DNA of 64,000 nucleotides, from assembly GCA_020241125.1 (NCBI GenBank), contig GCA_020241125.1_4708.1; one strand, given 5' to 3'. The notes under the pieces are model-generated. The model saw only the letters and a program-made list of their open reading frames with translations. It searched no databases and was not told the DNA's origin. Below, piece by piece: positions 1 to 9,985 of this stretch; the stretch's first letter is position 1; each line of letters begins with the position of its first letter. A program made the position numbers and the translations under genes. This DNA comes from a phage.

Positions 1-243
1 CCAAGTGTTCTGTCCGTACTGGTATTCAATCCCCGTCGTTAGTCGGGACGGTTTCGCATCTTTGATAACCAACGCTTGGCTAAGATGTCCACCAAACATC
101 GCAGCGCGCTGTGCTGAGTTATAATGCAATAGCCCGTTAAGTCCAGTCCCTACGCCAGTATACTCCTGTTTAATGGGAATGATTTTACCTTCAGCGATTG
201 CCTGCTTCACAGATTCATAAAGAGGTTTTTCTTTATAATGCAT
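1..243 (-). CDS. hypothetical protein, 5' complete, 3' end beyond window edge
   Basis: ATG at 241-243 preceded by AGGAAG; frame stays open to position 1 (81 codons, MHYKEKPLYESVKQAIAEGK...). Not in the ORF track because no stop falls in the window. Confidence 0.4.
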   Translation of the reverse strand, partial: MHYKEKPLYESVKQAIAEGKIIPIKQEYTGVGTGLNGLLHYNSAQRAAMFGGHLSQALVIKDAKPSRLTTGIEYQYGQNTW

Positions 244-274
244 AGGACTTCCTATTATCGAATTGAGGTACGTC

Positions 275-628
275 ATGTCTAACACGCCCCTGAACGACTT
301 TCTTAAGACAAACCCCGATGACCTCATCCACGATCTTGATTTCAGGAACGTTGTTGAGATGCATCTGGAATATTTCAAAAATGCCGGACTGGTCTCTACG
401 ATAGACATACCACCCGAACGCGCCTACGAATTCGATGGTAACTTTTATGGATTGTGTCGTGTTCTGCTTGGCGAGGGCAGTGAACCAATGCACTGGATAA
501 CCATGAGACTCAATGGTTATCGTGACCCTACGGAATACACCGCCGATGTTCTAACCATGAAGATTGTCGATACAAGCGCAATCAACACATTAAAACAACA
601 GTACCGCACAATCCACTACAGCGCTTAA
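275..628 (+). CDS. hypothetical protein
   Basis: Track ORF 263-628 (TTG start); more likely ATG at 275 with GAGG 6 nt upstream; followed by hairpin 634-662. Confidence 0.45.
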   Translation: MSNTPLNDFLKTNPDDLIHDLDFRNVVEMHLEYFKNAGLVSTIDIPPERAYEFDGNFYGLCRVLLGEGSEPMHWITMRLNGYRDPTEYTADVLTMKIVDTSAINTLKQQYRTIHYSA

Positions 629-633
629 GATAA

Positions 634-662
634 CCCTCCCACAGCGTAAAGCGTAGGGAGGG
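634..662. terminator. putative stem-loop terminator between convergent genes
   Basis: CCCTCCC (634-640) pairs with GGGAGGG (656-662); 15 nt loop. Confidence 0.35.
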
Positions 663-693
663 CATTTATACCGTCGTTCGATGACTTAATACA

Positions 694-1974
694 TCAGAAA
701 CGATTTACAGTACGTCCTGTCCACGCGCTCAGGATGTTGTTACGTTCCATCTCAGCACGACGACGTAAACCGTTTGGCGACTGCGGTGCTGGCGGCATCC
801 CCCATCCAGCAGGTTGCATGCCCATGCCTGGCCAAGCAGCATTATTGAACATCGTACCGTTACGTTCCGCAACACGGTTCATCAACGCATCAAACGTGCT
901 ATTACCTGCCGGTTGGTTACCACCACTTTCCCACTGATTAGGTTGGACAGGTGCGGTTTTACCTAACAGGTTATCGATCACACTGCCTGTTGAAGCAGGA
1001 CGCGGTTGCATACCTTCATGTGCAGCTGCTGATGGATTTGGCTTAACCGTCGGCTGCGGACGACTGTTCAGCGTTACACCCATGTTGTATTTCGCTGGCG
1101 GAATCTGACCACGATGTTGATTGATCGGTTCAAAATCCTCAACCCAAGTAACATCACAGTAGCCGTTCTCTTTACCGTCGTACTTATCACCAAACAGTTT
1201 GATGAGATTGTTCAGCGGTTCCATCAGCTTAGCGAAGCTGTGGATAAGACAATCGAAATACGGAGCATGAGGATCGCTTGACCCAGCGTTGTACGTTTCA
1301 CTTACCTCACCCGCGTGCGGGATAACGTACTCAACCAGGTTTCTCAGCATGTTAAGATCTTTCTTGGAAATCTCAACACCACACCAATACGTTTTCTTAT
1401 CTTTCGTGCTGATATGTTCTTCTTCCATGAACGGGAAAGTAACGACCGCAACGCGGGTCATCTTCTTACCCATGTAGGTTGCGCCGGTACGACGAAGATA
1501 AATTTTGGACAGCGTATACGGTGTGTCGCGTTTCAGCCAAACGGTGACCAGTTTACCCAGGGTCGTTAATGTTTTATCGCTGGCGTCCGCAAGGATGTTG
1601 AAGAACTCTTTTTGCTTCGGTCCGAAACGTTTTGCTTCTTTAGGATTGATTGCGGTTTCAACCATCCAAATCAGCATGGAGCATAGCGTGGCGTTAAAAC
1701 GAACAACCATCGCACGACGCAGGAACTGAAGTACTTCCGATTCGCCGTTCATCACGTCTTCACTTAGCGGATGGAACAGCACACGTTCAGCCAGCTGATT
1801 TCCGGTACGAACTTCAGAAACCGGCATCAGCAACGGCATGCTTTCCACGGTAGCGGCAACTGCAACAACTTTACCATCCCCATCCGTAAAACGATATTCT
1901 AATTCGTGGGCGTCATTCTCAAAATAGTTAACGCTCTGTAGTGCTTTGCGATAAGCTTCGATAAGCTTCGACAT
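694..1974 (-). CDS. hypothetical protein with P/Q/G/N-rich C-terminal third
   Basis: 426 aa track ORF; low-complexity C-terminal region. Confidence 0.6.
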   Translation of the reverse strand: MSKLIEAYRKALQSVNYFENDAHELEYRFTDGDGKVVAVAATVESMPLLMPVSEVRTGNQLAERVLFHPLSEDVMNGESEVLQFLRRAMVVRFNATLCSMLIWMVETAINPKEAKRFGPKQKEFFNILADASDKTLTTLGKLVTVWLKRDTPYTLSKIYLRRTGATYMGKKMTRVAVVTFPFMEEEHISTKDKKTYWCGVEISKKDLNMLRNLVEYVIPHAGEVSETYNAGSSDPHAPYFDCLIHSFAKLMEPLNNLIKLFGDKYDGKENGYCDVTWVEDFEPINQHRGQIPPAKYNMGVTLNSRPQPTVKPNPSAAAHEGMQPRPASTGSVIDNLLGKTAPVQPNQWESGGNQPAGNSTFDALMNRVAERNGTMFNNAAWPGMGMQPAGWGMPPAPQSPNGLRRRAEMERNNILSAWTGRTVNRF

Positions 1975-2001
1975 ATTGTATTTCCTTTTCTTTACGTCAA
2001 C

Positions 2002-2023
2002 GGTCCCCCTACAACAGGGGACC
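2002..2023. other. intergenic stem-loop
   Basis: GGTCCCC / GGGGACC inverted repeat with 8 nt loop between two minus-strand genes; no U-tract on either side. Confidence 0.3.
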
Positions 2024-2029
2024 TATGGA

Positions 2030-3616
2030 TTAGAAGTTGCCTTTGGTAGTTACCGCATCCACCAGGTTAAACAAATCAACGCTCAGCTTATACACCTCCT
2101 GCTGGCTACGGTTGAGCAGCGGGCTGTATGCGGATGGGTTGATGTTCGGCATGGTGTACGGAATCGGTGCAGAGCCGTCAACGCTGATCTTGAACTGGCT
2201 GTCCAGGAACAGGTTAATCGCGCCGCTCACCATAACCGCATTCGGGTTGTTACCCAACATGGAGGGTAGGATATTGGTAATCATGTCAGAACGCATTTGT
2301 TCAGCAGCACGGTTACAATCGTATCCTTTAATGAACGGTACAGCGTCGGTAACCGCAACCGCCCACTGACCAGGCATGATACCGAGTTCTGGGTGACCAT
2401 GGTTGTCAGCAATGAAACGGAACGACTCCAACATGCGATACGTCATCGCAGCAGGCATCATTGCAGCAAGCGATGAGCAATACAGCGTTGGATAATCGAT
2501 CACGTCCCAGCTCTGGCTGTCGGTCGGCATCCAACCAAACTCGGTGGTTGCTGATGTACCACGACGAGCTTCCACATACGGGAATAACGTTAAGACGTCA
2601 CGGATATGTTCACCGAACATCCGTTTCATGTCAGCCCAACTCAGGCTACCGCTGAAAGCGAACCCTTCATCACGCATAATCGCACCGAATACCGGATGTG
2701 CAACCAGCGGTTCTTCACGAACAGCTTGAGCGGCTTCTACGTAAATATCCTCGTTCTCTGCGCTACCTGGATGAGACCCGCTTTCGTACGTCTGACGAAT
2801 AGCGCCAACATTATCGAAGGCTTTTCTCAGATAGATGGTTGGGATGTTCGTATCAGCACTAGCGGGTTTGATTTTCTCTGTTGCGAAACACATTGCTGCT
2901 TCCACACCACGGAAAACCGGTTCCGGTTGCGGTGGGTAGGATGTACGATGAACCACATCAGCGTAGGCTGGATCGAACTGTTGCATCACGTTCTGCATGG
3001 CTGGGTCCATGAACTGGTTATCAAAACCACCATTACCTACCCAACGTGCTGTTGATGCATAGGTCAGCGTATCCTGAACACGAGTACTGAACTGAACATC
3101 ACGATTAACGGGGTCGTATGCGCCGGTCAACAGGTTCGTTGCGTCCATCGGGGTTGCACGAACAATTTGCTTACCGAACATGTCCGTTGTGGTTGTTTCG
3201 GTTACCTGGATTACGTTCGTGAAGAAGAACACCAGTTCGTTCGGCAGATCGATAGCGCGCGTTGTAAACGCATCGAGGCTTACAGAATGGTCGGTGTATC
3301 CAGAAATGTAATGGACACGCTTGGTTCCTGGTGCGAGGGCCAAGGATTCTTCTACCGCCATCATGAAATGGAAACGACGTGTGCCCCAACCATTCGCAAT
3401 CTCCGAAACCCCCTCAGGTTCTGCAGACTGCTGCAACAAACCGGTTGCAAGCTTATTGATTGCTGATGGTGTTGTTGCCGTACCGAACCGCGTCGTGTTA
3501 ATGAAGTCTTCGATGCTACGCATGCTATCTGCGTGGAATCGTAGTGGACGACGTTGTACGTTGTTATACGGTGCGGTTTCAACCATCAGTATTTCACGAA
3601 CATTCATCGGGATCAT
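2030..3616 (-). CDS. hypothetical protein
   Basis: 528 aa track ORF; AAGAGGAAA upstream; start lies 1 nt after the stop of the upstream gene. Confidence 0.6.
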   Translation of the reverse strand: MIPMNVREILMVETAPYNNVQRRPLRFHADSMRSIEDFINTTRFGTATTPSAINKLATGLLQQSAEPEGVSEIANGWGTRRFHFMMAVEESLALAPGTKRVHYISGYTDHSVSLDAFTTRAIDLPNELVFFFTNVIQVTETTTTDMFGKQIVRATPMDATNLLTGAYDPVNRDVQFSTRVQDTLTYASTARWVGNGGFDNQFMDPAMQNVMQQFDPAYADVVHRTSYPPQPEPVFRGVEAAMCFATEKIKPASADTNIPTIYLRKAFDNVGAIRQTYESGSHPGSAENEDIYVEAAQAVREEPLVAHPVFGAIMRDEGFAFSGSLSWADMKRMFGEHIRDVLTLFPYVEARRGTSATTEFGWMPTDSQSWDVIDYPTLYCSSLAAMMPAAMTYRMLESFRFIADNHGHPELGIMPGQWAVAVTDAVPFIKGYDCNRAAEQMRSDMITNILPSMLGNNPNAVMVSGAINLFLDSQFKISVDGSAPIPYTMPNINPSAYSPLLNRSQQEVYKLSVDLFNLVDAVTTKGNF

Positions 3617-3617
3617 T

Positions 3618-5204
3618 TTATTTTTTTCCTCTTAAATTTACTACGTGTTCATTTAATCGAACAACTAATTGCACAAGCTGCTGACGGATATCTGCTGGAC
3701 AAAGCATCAATCCTTTACGGTCAGCTGGGACTTTCTCAAGGATTTCCGGGCCTGCTGCTGAAACATCCCAGTCCCATTCACAAAACGCATCGGCCACCAT
3801 GTTAATACCGACAACCGGTAAAGTTGTACGTTCATCTTCATACATGGCGTGTGGATACAATTTATTGACAGTAATGATCTCCTGTGGTTTTAATTGGTGG
3901 ATAATCTGATAAACATCGTCGCGTTTGACCTGGATACCTACGGTCAGCGCGGCCAGTTGAGGAAAACCCCAATGGTCTAACAAACAAGCTGCGATCGCTA
4001 ACGCTTTTGCCTGATGCACGGCTTCAATCGGTGCCAGACTTCTCGCCGGAAGATGGCTATCAAGCAACCATTGCGCCAGTGCTCGGCATCCGCGGTTAAT
4101 TGGTTTTAACTCAACGGTGTCATCGTGTTTAGCGTACGTGTATCCGTCGTAACGTTTTGCGATACGCGCATACATGTCTTCAACTTTACCGTAAGGTGCC
4201 GTTTCGTCGACGTCGTGCAACACACGTTCCATCTGGGTAAGATACGCAATGTCGAGAATGAGTACACGTGGTGAACGTTTATCTTTCACCATCAACGCAT
4301 CAATCACGCCTTGACTGTCTTCATCTTGCGCATTCCCTCGCGGCGTTTTCTCGCGAATCGGTCCGCTGAAACGTCGTTCCGTACAAAGGTTATTCACATA
4401 GCTGAAGATCAGTGTTACTAGATGCGTACAACTCACTAACACCCCATCTTTAACGACAGGCTGTACAGCTTGGTCCAAGTCGCGTACGGCGAGACGGCGG
4501 ACGATGGCTTGTGAACGCAACCAGCCGGGCACTTTCTCCGTCGACATGTAATCCACGGTCATCGACAGCGTGATCTTTTTATCACCCGTCTGTGCGCGGA
4601 TATAGTCTTCCAGTCGGTCGTAAGCGGCGATATCATGAATGCGTGTTTTATACATCAACGACATAGCCACTTCTTCTTTACGAACCGTTCCGTACGTTTT
4701 CCCTGCGTCAATCAGAAACTCTGCCCAAATCGGCACCATCAGACGGACGTAGATCGCTAACGCCGTTAACTCAACGTAATCATTTCGTAAATAGGTTTTC
4801 TCAGGTATGTCATCCTCACCTAATGTTGTTTTCATGTCCGGTGGTAATTTTACCCAACCTGGGGTATTACACAATGCCAGAATCTCTTCGTACACAACCG
4901 GTTTGTAAATTTCACCAACAGCGCGACTCAACTCCTCCATTTGTTGTTGTGGAGCAATGTAGTTATCCATCGCTTCACGTGCTTTAACGAACCCTTCGAA
5001 GATGTCGTCAATTCGACGTGGGTTCTTTTGTTCTATCCAGGCGAGATACTTGTTAATCTCCCGCATCTGATTGCTAGCCATATCCCCATCAATCTTGATG
5101 TAACCCTGACCTGAAAATTCCACAGTACGTCCATCACGGTGTTTGATGAGATAGTGATCCAGCTTTTCTTTTCCTTGCGTCGTAATGACGGGCACTATGT
5201 GCAT
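3618..5204 (-). CDS. hypothetical protein
   Basis: Track ORF runs to 5339 with a GTG start and an Arg-rich N-terminal extension that overlaps a promoter-like motif; probable true start is internal Met 46 (MHIVPVITTQ...) with GAGG upstream. Start coordinate is approximate. Confidence 0.55.
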   Translation of the reverse strand: MHIVPVITTQGKEKLDHYLIKHRDGRTVEFSGQGYIKIDGDMASNQMREINKYLAWIEQKNPRRIDDIFEGFVKAREAMDNYIAPQQQMEELSRAVGEIYKPVVYEEILALCNTPGWVKLPPDMKTTLGEDDIPEKTYLRNDYVELTALAIYVRLMVPIWAEFLIDAGKTYGTVRKEEVAMSLMYKTRIHDIAAYDRLEDYIRAQTGDKKITLSMTVDYMSTEKVPGWLRSQAIVRRLAVRDLDQAVQPVVKDGVLVSCTHLVTLIFSYVNNLCTERRFSGPIREKTPRGNAQDEDSQGVIDALMVKDKRSPRVLILDIAYLTQMERVLHDVDETAPYGKVEDMYARIAKRYDGYTYAKHDDTVELKPINRGCRALAQWLLDSHLPARSLAPIEAVHQAKALAIAACLLDHWGFPQLAALTVGIQVKRDDVYQIIHQLKPQEIITVNKLYPHAMYEDERTTLPVVGINMVADAFCEWDWDVSAAGPEILEKVPADRKGLMLCPADIRQQLVQLVVRLNEHVVNLRGKK

Positions 5205-5254
5205 AACAACCTCTTTTCGCGGTTCCCTGTTAAAACGTCTTCTGTGACGTCTAC

Positions 5255-5295
5255 CACAAAGGTAATATAAGCGTGAATAATTTTGGATTCCGGCT
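5255..5295 (-). promoter_or_regulatory. early-promoter-like motif, copy A
   Basis: Plus-strand AGGTAATATAAGCGTGAATAATTTTGG; minus-strand reads TATATTACC after an A/T-rich block. Confidence 0.4.
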
Positions 5296-5408
5296 GAGTT
5301 ATCGCTCAGCATGCAAGGCATCCCGCCGAAGCGAGACACCTTGCACTAACGGAAAATATTCGCGTTACCTTCTGAATCGAGGACTCAGAATGCGATGCTA
5401 AAGCATGA

Positions 5409-6200
5409 TTAGAACGCTAAGCCATCAAAGGCTACGGACGGATCATCGTCGTCATTTGCGCTTGGCGCATCCCAACGGGTATCAGGGGCCGCTGAAGCCG
5501 AACTTGATGCGTTAGAGTTACCGTTGTACTGGCCGTTACCAGCATTACGGTTACCGCCGCCGTTGTTATTGTTACGGTTATAGCTATTGTTGCCACCATT
5601 ACTTACGCTACGGCTTTCACCGTCGAAATTGGTTGCGAGGATGCTCGGCAACACTGCGCGATGAATACGTACAAATTCCAACGCACAAAGCGGAGAAACA
5701 ACCCCGATCTGTAAAGGTTGCCCAGACTCATCAACCAGAGCGTGGAAACGCGGTGGCTTGAATACGAATTGGATGTTCGGTTTTTGGTACGCGGTTACAG
5801 CGATATATACCGAACCATCATCGTTCTTACCAACCCATGTTGTACTTTCGGTAATCTGTTTCTTCTTACCTGGATTATTGCGATCGTCGATAACCTTTTC
5901 GTTCTTCATCGCAAAACGTTGGCCTGGCTTACCCTTAGCAACCTGCTCGAGGATCGCAAGCAGGTTATAGAACGCGTATGAACTCATGCGTGCCCAAATG
6001 CTTTCGGCGCGACCCTGCTGGTCTTTACGACCTGTATAAACCGTGATGCGCGGTTGATTCTTAGCAACGCTAATTTTCAATGAGGGGATTGAATTACCGC
6101 CCTCAACCTTTTCGTCCGCCCACAGTTTCCAGTTGTTGTCGTCATACGCTGTAGGAATAATGTTTCCTTGTGGTTTACTGCCCGAATTCCAATTGCTCAT
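5409..6200 (-). CDS. hypothetical protein with SSB-like architecture
   Basis: 263 aa: about 190 aa globular part, then a G/N-rich linker (NGGNNSYNRNNNNGGGNRNAGNGQYNGN), ending in an acidic tip DDDDPSVAFDGLAF. Confidence 0.5.
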   Translation of the reverse strand: MSNWNSGSKPQGNIIPTAYDDNNWKLWADEKVEGGNSIPSLKISVAKNQPRITVYTGRKDQQGRAESIWARMSSYAFYNLLAILEQVAKGKPGQRFAMKNEKVIDDRNNPGKKKQITESTTWVGKNDDGSVYIAVTAYQKPNIQFVFKPPRFHALVDESGQPLQIGVVSPLCALEFVRIHRAVLPSILATNFDGESRSVSNGGNNSYNRNNNNGGGNRNAGNGQYNGNSNASSSASAAPDTRWDAPSANDDDDPSVAFDGLAF

Positions 6201-6273
6201 TTTCAGCCTCGTTACGTAGTGTGAATCAATTTCTGGTTCAGATGATAGTCAATATTAGTTAAAAATTACAGCC

Positions 6274-7071
6274 TCAGCGGAACATGTCCAACAGAAAACG
6301 TTTTGCGAAGGGGTCACGTAACTGGTTGACACCAAAGCGTGTACGGTCTTCCGTTGTTAATGGATTCCACTGACTCTGTTTCGCAAGATCTAACAGCATC
6401 CTTTTTATTTTCACCGGCCCGCTATTGAACTGTACGGCTTGGTCACCGAACGTTCCCAATGTCATCTTTGTAAATGGAAGGTTCGCAACCTCTGGACGAT
6501 CCCCACCAGTAAGTTTGGTCGACCACTGATGTTTTCGTTTCAAGGTTCCGGTATGGCTCTCCACCAAAATAAGTTCACCAAAACCGGTTCTTGCCAACAA
6601 GTCAGAAACATAGTGCGTGGTGATATACGATGTCTTGGTTATCGTGGGTAATTTACAATCCATCGATTCGATATTAGGGAGTCGATCTACAGACGCCATC
6701 AACCCACGATAAAGTGTAGCGAGTCCTTTTTGTTTTTCGGTGTGTGGCTCCTTATGTATAGCGTGCGGATAAACACGCTTTATTGACGCATAGGTTGGCG
6801 CATATATCCGCAAACGAATATGGGGAATGAGTTCATTCACCAACTGCCTTAGCTGCAGTAACTCGTTTTGAAAATCCCCTGTTATCATCGATAACGGTAA
6901 TTTATGTTGTTCAACGTCTTCAAAGCTTTCAACGAAATTGCGTGCTAAAGTACGCAGGTTGAACAACCAATCCATCGGTGTTTCTGGCTGTTGCTGTACT
7001 GCTGATAGTGTTGCTGACGTCCCTACCGATAAAGGATAATCACCTAACGTGCGGGCGTACATATTGCTCAT
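6274..7071 (-). CDS. hypothetical protein
   Basis: Track ORF 6274-7107; likely start at internal Met (MSNMYARTLG...) preceded by AAGAAGGAG. Confidence 0.5.
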   Translation of the reverse strand: MSNMYARTLGDYPLSVGTSATLSAVQQQPETPMDWLFNLRTLARNFVESFEDVEQHKLPLSMITGDFQNELLQLRQLVNELIPHIRLRIYAPTYASIKRVYPHAIHKEPHTEKQKGLATLYRGLMASVDRLPNIESMDCKLPTITKTSYITTHYVSDLLARTGFGELILVESHTGTLKRKHQWSTKLTGGDRPEVANLPFTKMTLGTFGDQAVQFNSGPVKIKRMLLDLAKQSQWNPLTTEDRTRFGVNQLRDPFAKRFLLDMFR

Positions 7072-7090
7072 ACCCCACAACTCCTTCTTA

Positions 7091-8233
7091 TCATGGCAAC
7101 GTATCAAGCCAAGCAGAAACCTTTAAGGCATCAACGTTCGGGTATTTATTACGAATGCGTTCGACCAACAAACGCTTAACGTTGTCCTTTGTCAAGTCTC
7201 CACCTTTCTCGATAACGTTATTGACAAAACTGTTCTTTAATAGCGACTGGTTGTTCTTGGCGTCCGTTTTAATTGACCAAACGAAGCCTGGATACAAAGA
7301 AGGGATAGAACGAAACGTTTTCGCCGCATCGTCTTCCTTATCGCAGCGTATTCGGATATGATCACCCTTCTTCAATGGAGCCAATTCCCGTTCCAACACA
7401 CGGACAATTTCATCTCCAACAAGACCATGCAGTTTTATCGTCTTGTAGACATCTGCTTTCTTGTTTTCAACAAATTCCCACTGGTCGTTAAACGTTTCCG
7501 TTAACATATAACGGAGATACCCTTTTGGACCTTCTTCACCGTGCGCCAAGCGACCGAACGAACCGCCAACCATGATACGTCCTTTCTGGGATTGTAAGTG
7601 AATATGTCCGCTCACGATCCATCCCTGGGTCTTCTCCACCATTGCGTTATACGCATCGCTGCTATGAACACATGTCGCTTTTAACGCTTCTGGTGGAAGC
7701 TGATATTCAAACGCACCGTGCATCAGAATGAAGCCCGGCGATCCCTTCTCATCAATAAGTCGGTTCACGGCTGACAACGTCACATCCGGGTCGTGGCTGT
7801 AGTTATCTGGAAGATAAAGTACTTTTAAACCAAAGTCTTCATCAACCATGCAGAGGTCATCGTAATAACGAACTTTCGCTCCTATCTCCATGACCTCGTT
7901 CTGTTCAACGAACCACTGACTTTGCTTCTGGTCGTGTAAGTTGGTACCCTCAAGAAAGATCAACGTAATATCGTGTTTTCTTGCATACCGTAACAACCAG
8001 GTACCCCAGGCACGAACAGCAACCACGTCACTCGTCACAAACGTCGTGATACGATCGAAGACATCACCACTGAACGTAATCACATCAAGCAGCGCAGGAT
8101 CTTCTTTTGTAATGTAATAACGCAGCTGGCTAATCAGGTTTACTGTCGGTGTTTGACGATGGATAAAGTGAATATCCGACAAGTTGATTCCACGTAATAC
8201 CCCAGGCGTTTTATTTCGACTGAAGTCTCGCAT
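7091..8233 (-). CDS. calcineurin-like metallophosphoesterase, possibly SbcD/Mre11-type nuclease
   Basis: Ordered motifs LSDIHFIH (D-x-H), SGDVFDR (GD-x-x-DR), EGTNLHD (GNHD-like), MHGAF, GHIH (GH-x-H). Confidence 0.6.
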   Translation of the reverse strand: MRDFSRNKTPGVLRGINLSDIHFIHRQTPTVNLISQLRYYITKEDPALLDVITFSGDVFDRITTFVTSDVVAVRAWGTWLLRYARKHDITLIFLEGTNLHDQKQSQWFVEQNEVMEIGAKVRYYDDLCMVDEDFGLKVLYLPDNYSHDPDVTLSAVNRLIDEKGSPGFILMHGAFEYQLPPEALKATCVHSSDAYNAMVEKTQGWIVSGHIHLQSQKGRIMVGGSFGRLAHGEEGPKGYLRYMLTETFNDQWEFVENKKADVYKTIKLHGLVGDEIVRVLERELAPLKKGDHIRIRCDKEDDAAKTFRSIPSLYPGFVWSIKTDAKNNQSLLKNSFVNNVIEKGGDLTKDNVKRLLVERIRNKYPNVDALKVSAWLDTLP

Positions 8234-9015
8234 CAGAATTCCTCTAAGTTGCTGCTGCTAATAGTCCCCGTCGTAGACGGCATGTTTCTACTACCCACCG
8301 ACGCAGTTGTTGAAGAGGTTCTGGCTAGATTCAATCCGTTTAATAACCCACACTCTTTTACCGTACGACGTGAACCATCACGAACGTCATAAAGAGGTAC
8401 GTTATAATGGTCAAAAATCCGAAGCCATTGCACGTAATCAGCAACAACATGGTCTTTGCTTTCATTCGGGGCAAAGCGATCAAGCTGATGGTCGACGTAA
8501 GCTTTAGCGCTTTCAGGATTGAAGTTATACTGTCGACGTGCTTTGTCCACCATCGCGAGGAAACATGTATTGGGGTCACGATTGATGTATGAACGCGTCC
8601 GGATAAAGATAGCCGGTACCGTAAACAGAACCTTGTTGTTATTCCCATCAGCAACGATGTTAACCGCACGATGCGGTTGGCCTGCTATCTTACACCAATC
8701 GTGAACAATGGTGCTATTACTCAGCATCTCCGCGTATTCAGGATCCTGGGAAAACATTCCTGCGAACGGATACAAGAAATGTTTAACGAACAGCGATTCA
8801 GGCAGGATGTTGGGACGCGTCATCTCCTGTAAACCTTTTCGTAGAAGCTCGCTATTGTCTACCAGCTCCTGCCACATGTCCGGTCGTGTTTTCGGGATGG
8901 ACGGATCCTGAGCGCGGCGAATGCGCTCTTCCTCATTTACAACCACTACCCCAGCCGGATACCCCAATAAATCCGTTCCTTCGCTAACGTTGCTGTTAGT
9001 TTGGCGCGCCTTCAT
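8233..9015 (-). CDS. hypothetical protein
   Basis: 260 aa track ORF. Confidence 0.5.
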   Translation of the reverse strand: MKARQTNSNVSEGTDLLGYPAGVVVVNEEERIRRAQDPSIPKTRPDMWQELVDNSELLRKGLQEMTRPNILPESLFVKHFLYPFAGMFSQDPEYAEMLSNSTIVHDWCKIAGQPHRAVNIVADGNNNKVLFTVPAIFIRTRSYINRDPNTCFLAMVDKARRQYNFNPESAKAYVDHQLDRFAPNESKDHVVADYVQWLRIFDHYNVPLYDVRDGSRRTVKECGLLNGLNLARTSSTTASVGSRNMPSTTGTISSSNLEEF

Positions 9016-9403
9016 TTACTTCCTCCTGCCACTTGATAAAATTACCACGCTCGGATCGCAGAACACCACCCAGATCGTACGATATACCTTTCTCTGTGAC
9101 AATCCCCCCAATCTGGAGATCAACACGTTCCGTCGTCGGATCGATATACTTGACACGGACTTTCAATTCCACGCGATCGTAATAACGCATTAAATAATCA
9201 TACAACATCCGGTACGTCGCATCTTCCAATTTGGGTGCGCTATACTGCGACGTTGCAATGAGGTACGGTAGTGAAACGATGGAACCTTGATAGCAATACG
9301 ACTGGGAATAATTCGATATTGCGAAATTGGTCATTAACCCATCCAGCTTTTTACCCGACGCGGTTAAAAAGCTCGACAGTCCCGGTAACGGATTCGATGC
9401 CAT
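8996..9403 (-). CDS. hypothetical protein
   Basis: 135 aa ORF with AAGAGGAG 6 nt upstream of ATG. Confidence 0.5.
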   Translation of the reverse strand: MASNPLPGLSSFLTASGKKLDGLMTNFAISNYSQSYCYQGSIVSLPYLIATSQYSAPKLEDATYRMLYDYLMRYYDRVELKVRVKYIDPTTERVDLQIGGIVTEKGISYDLGGVLRSERGNFIKWQEEVNEGAPN

Positions 9404-9416
9404 GAGGAACTCCTCT

Positions 9417-9890
9417 TTAAGCGTAATTCATTCCAACCAATCTATCGTAGTTAGGCATATGCCCTAACTCCAGTTCGACGGGCATGGATACATTGGTGCG
9501 TGGTGCGTAAAATGTTCGCGTATGCATATCGATATACCCACAGTCCAAATAAACAATATCGGACAACTCCGCTGGATGTTTAGGTGCGGGAATCTTTAAG
9601 CGATTGTAACACTCAAGCTGCCACCAGGCATGAAAAAAGTTATTGTAAGCGTACGATTTACTGTTAGCAACTTTAAGTCCGTAGATCACCCATAACGCCG
9701 CCATGAAGTTGGTCGCGTTAATTCGCATCGGTTGTTCATTATTGAGCATGTACGTGTAGGTAAACAACGGTGTGTTACCATCACCGAAACGTCCGACCAA
9801 GGTATTGTTTGTGCGTTCGACCTCAAAGGAAAAATGCTGGCTGCTATTGCCATCAAAATGGATCATTCCGTTCTCCTCAAGCTTTTTCAT
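9417..9890 (-). CDS. hypothetical protein
   Basis: Track ORF 9417-9956, but the first 22 codons overlap the hairpin and U-tract at 9923-9971; internal Met start (9890 or 9866, the latter with GAGGAG) more likely. Confidence 0.45.
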   Translation of the reverse strand: MKKLEENGMIHFDGNSSQHFSFEVERTNNTLVGRFGDGNTPLFTYTYMLNNEQPMRINATNFMAALWVIYGLKVANSKSYAYNNFFHAWWQLECYNRLKIPAPKHPAELSDIVYLDCGYIDMHTRTFYAPRTNVSMPVELELGHMPNYDRLVGMNYA

Positions 9891-9922
9891 TTCATAGAGT
9901 GGTGGAAATTCGTAGAAAGTTA

Positions 9923-9971
9923 CAAAAATAAAAAAGAATGGGCAGCCCCTCCCCACCCGAAGGTAGGGAGA
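9923..9971 (-). terminator. intrinsic terminator with UUCG tetraloop
   Basis: Minus-strand RNA folds CUCCCUACC-UUCG-GGUGGGGAG (9 bp), followed by a U-run (UUCUUUUUUAUUUUU). Confidence 0.5.
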
Positions 9972-9985
9972 GACCGCAAATATAC

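Noticed and set aside
233-493. Minus-strand 86 aa ORF overlapping the plus-strand ORF at 275-628
   Set aside because: No ribosome-binding site, and it overlaps both the plus-strand gene (which has an RBS and a downstream hairpin) and the start of the partial minus-strand gene at 1-243. Kept as a possible alternative only.
5205-5339. N-terminal extensions of track ORFs (3618-5339, 9417-9956, 56407-63165, 54608-56296, 25771-26388)
   Set aside because: The extensions start at GTG/TTG or weak ATG, overlap terminator hairpins or promoter-like motifs, and are followed by an internal Met with a proper Shine-Dalgarno sequence; the internal starts were used instead.
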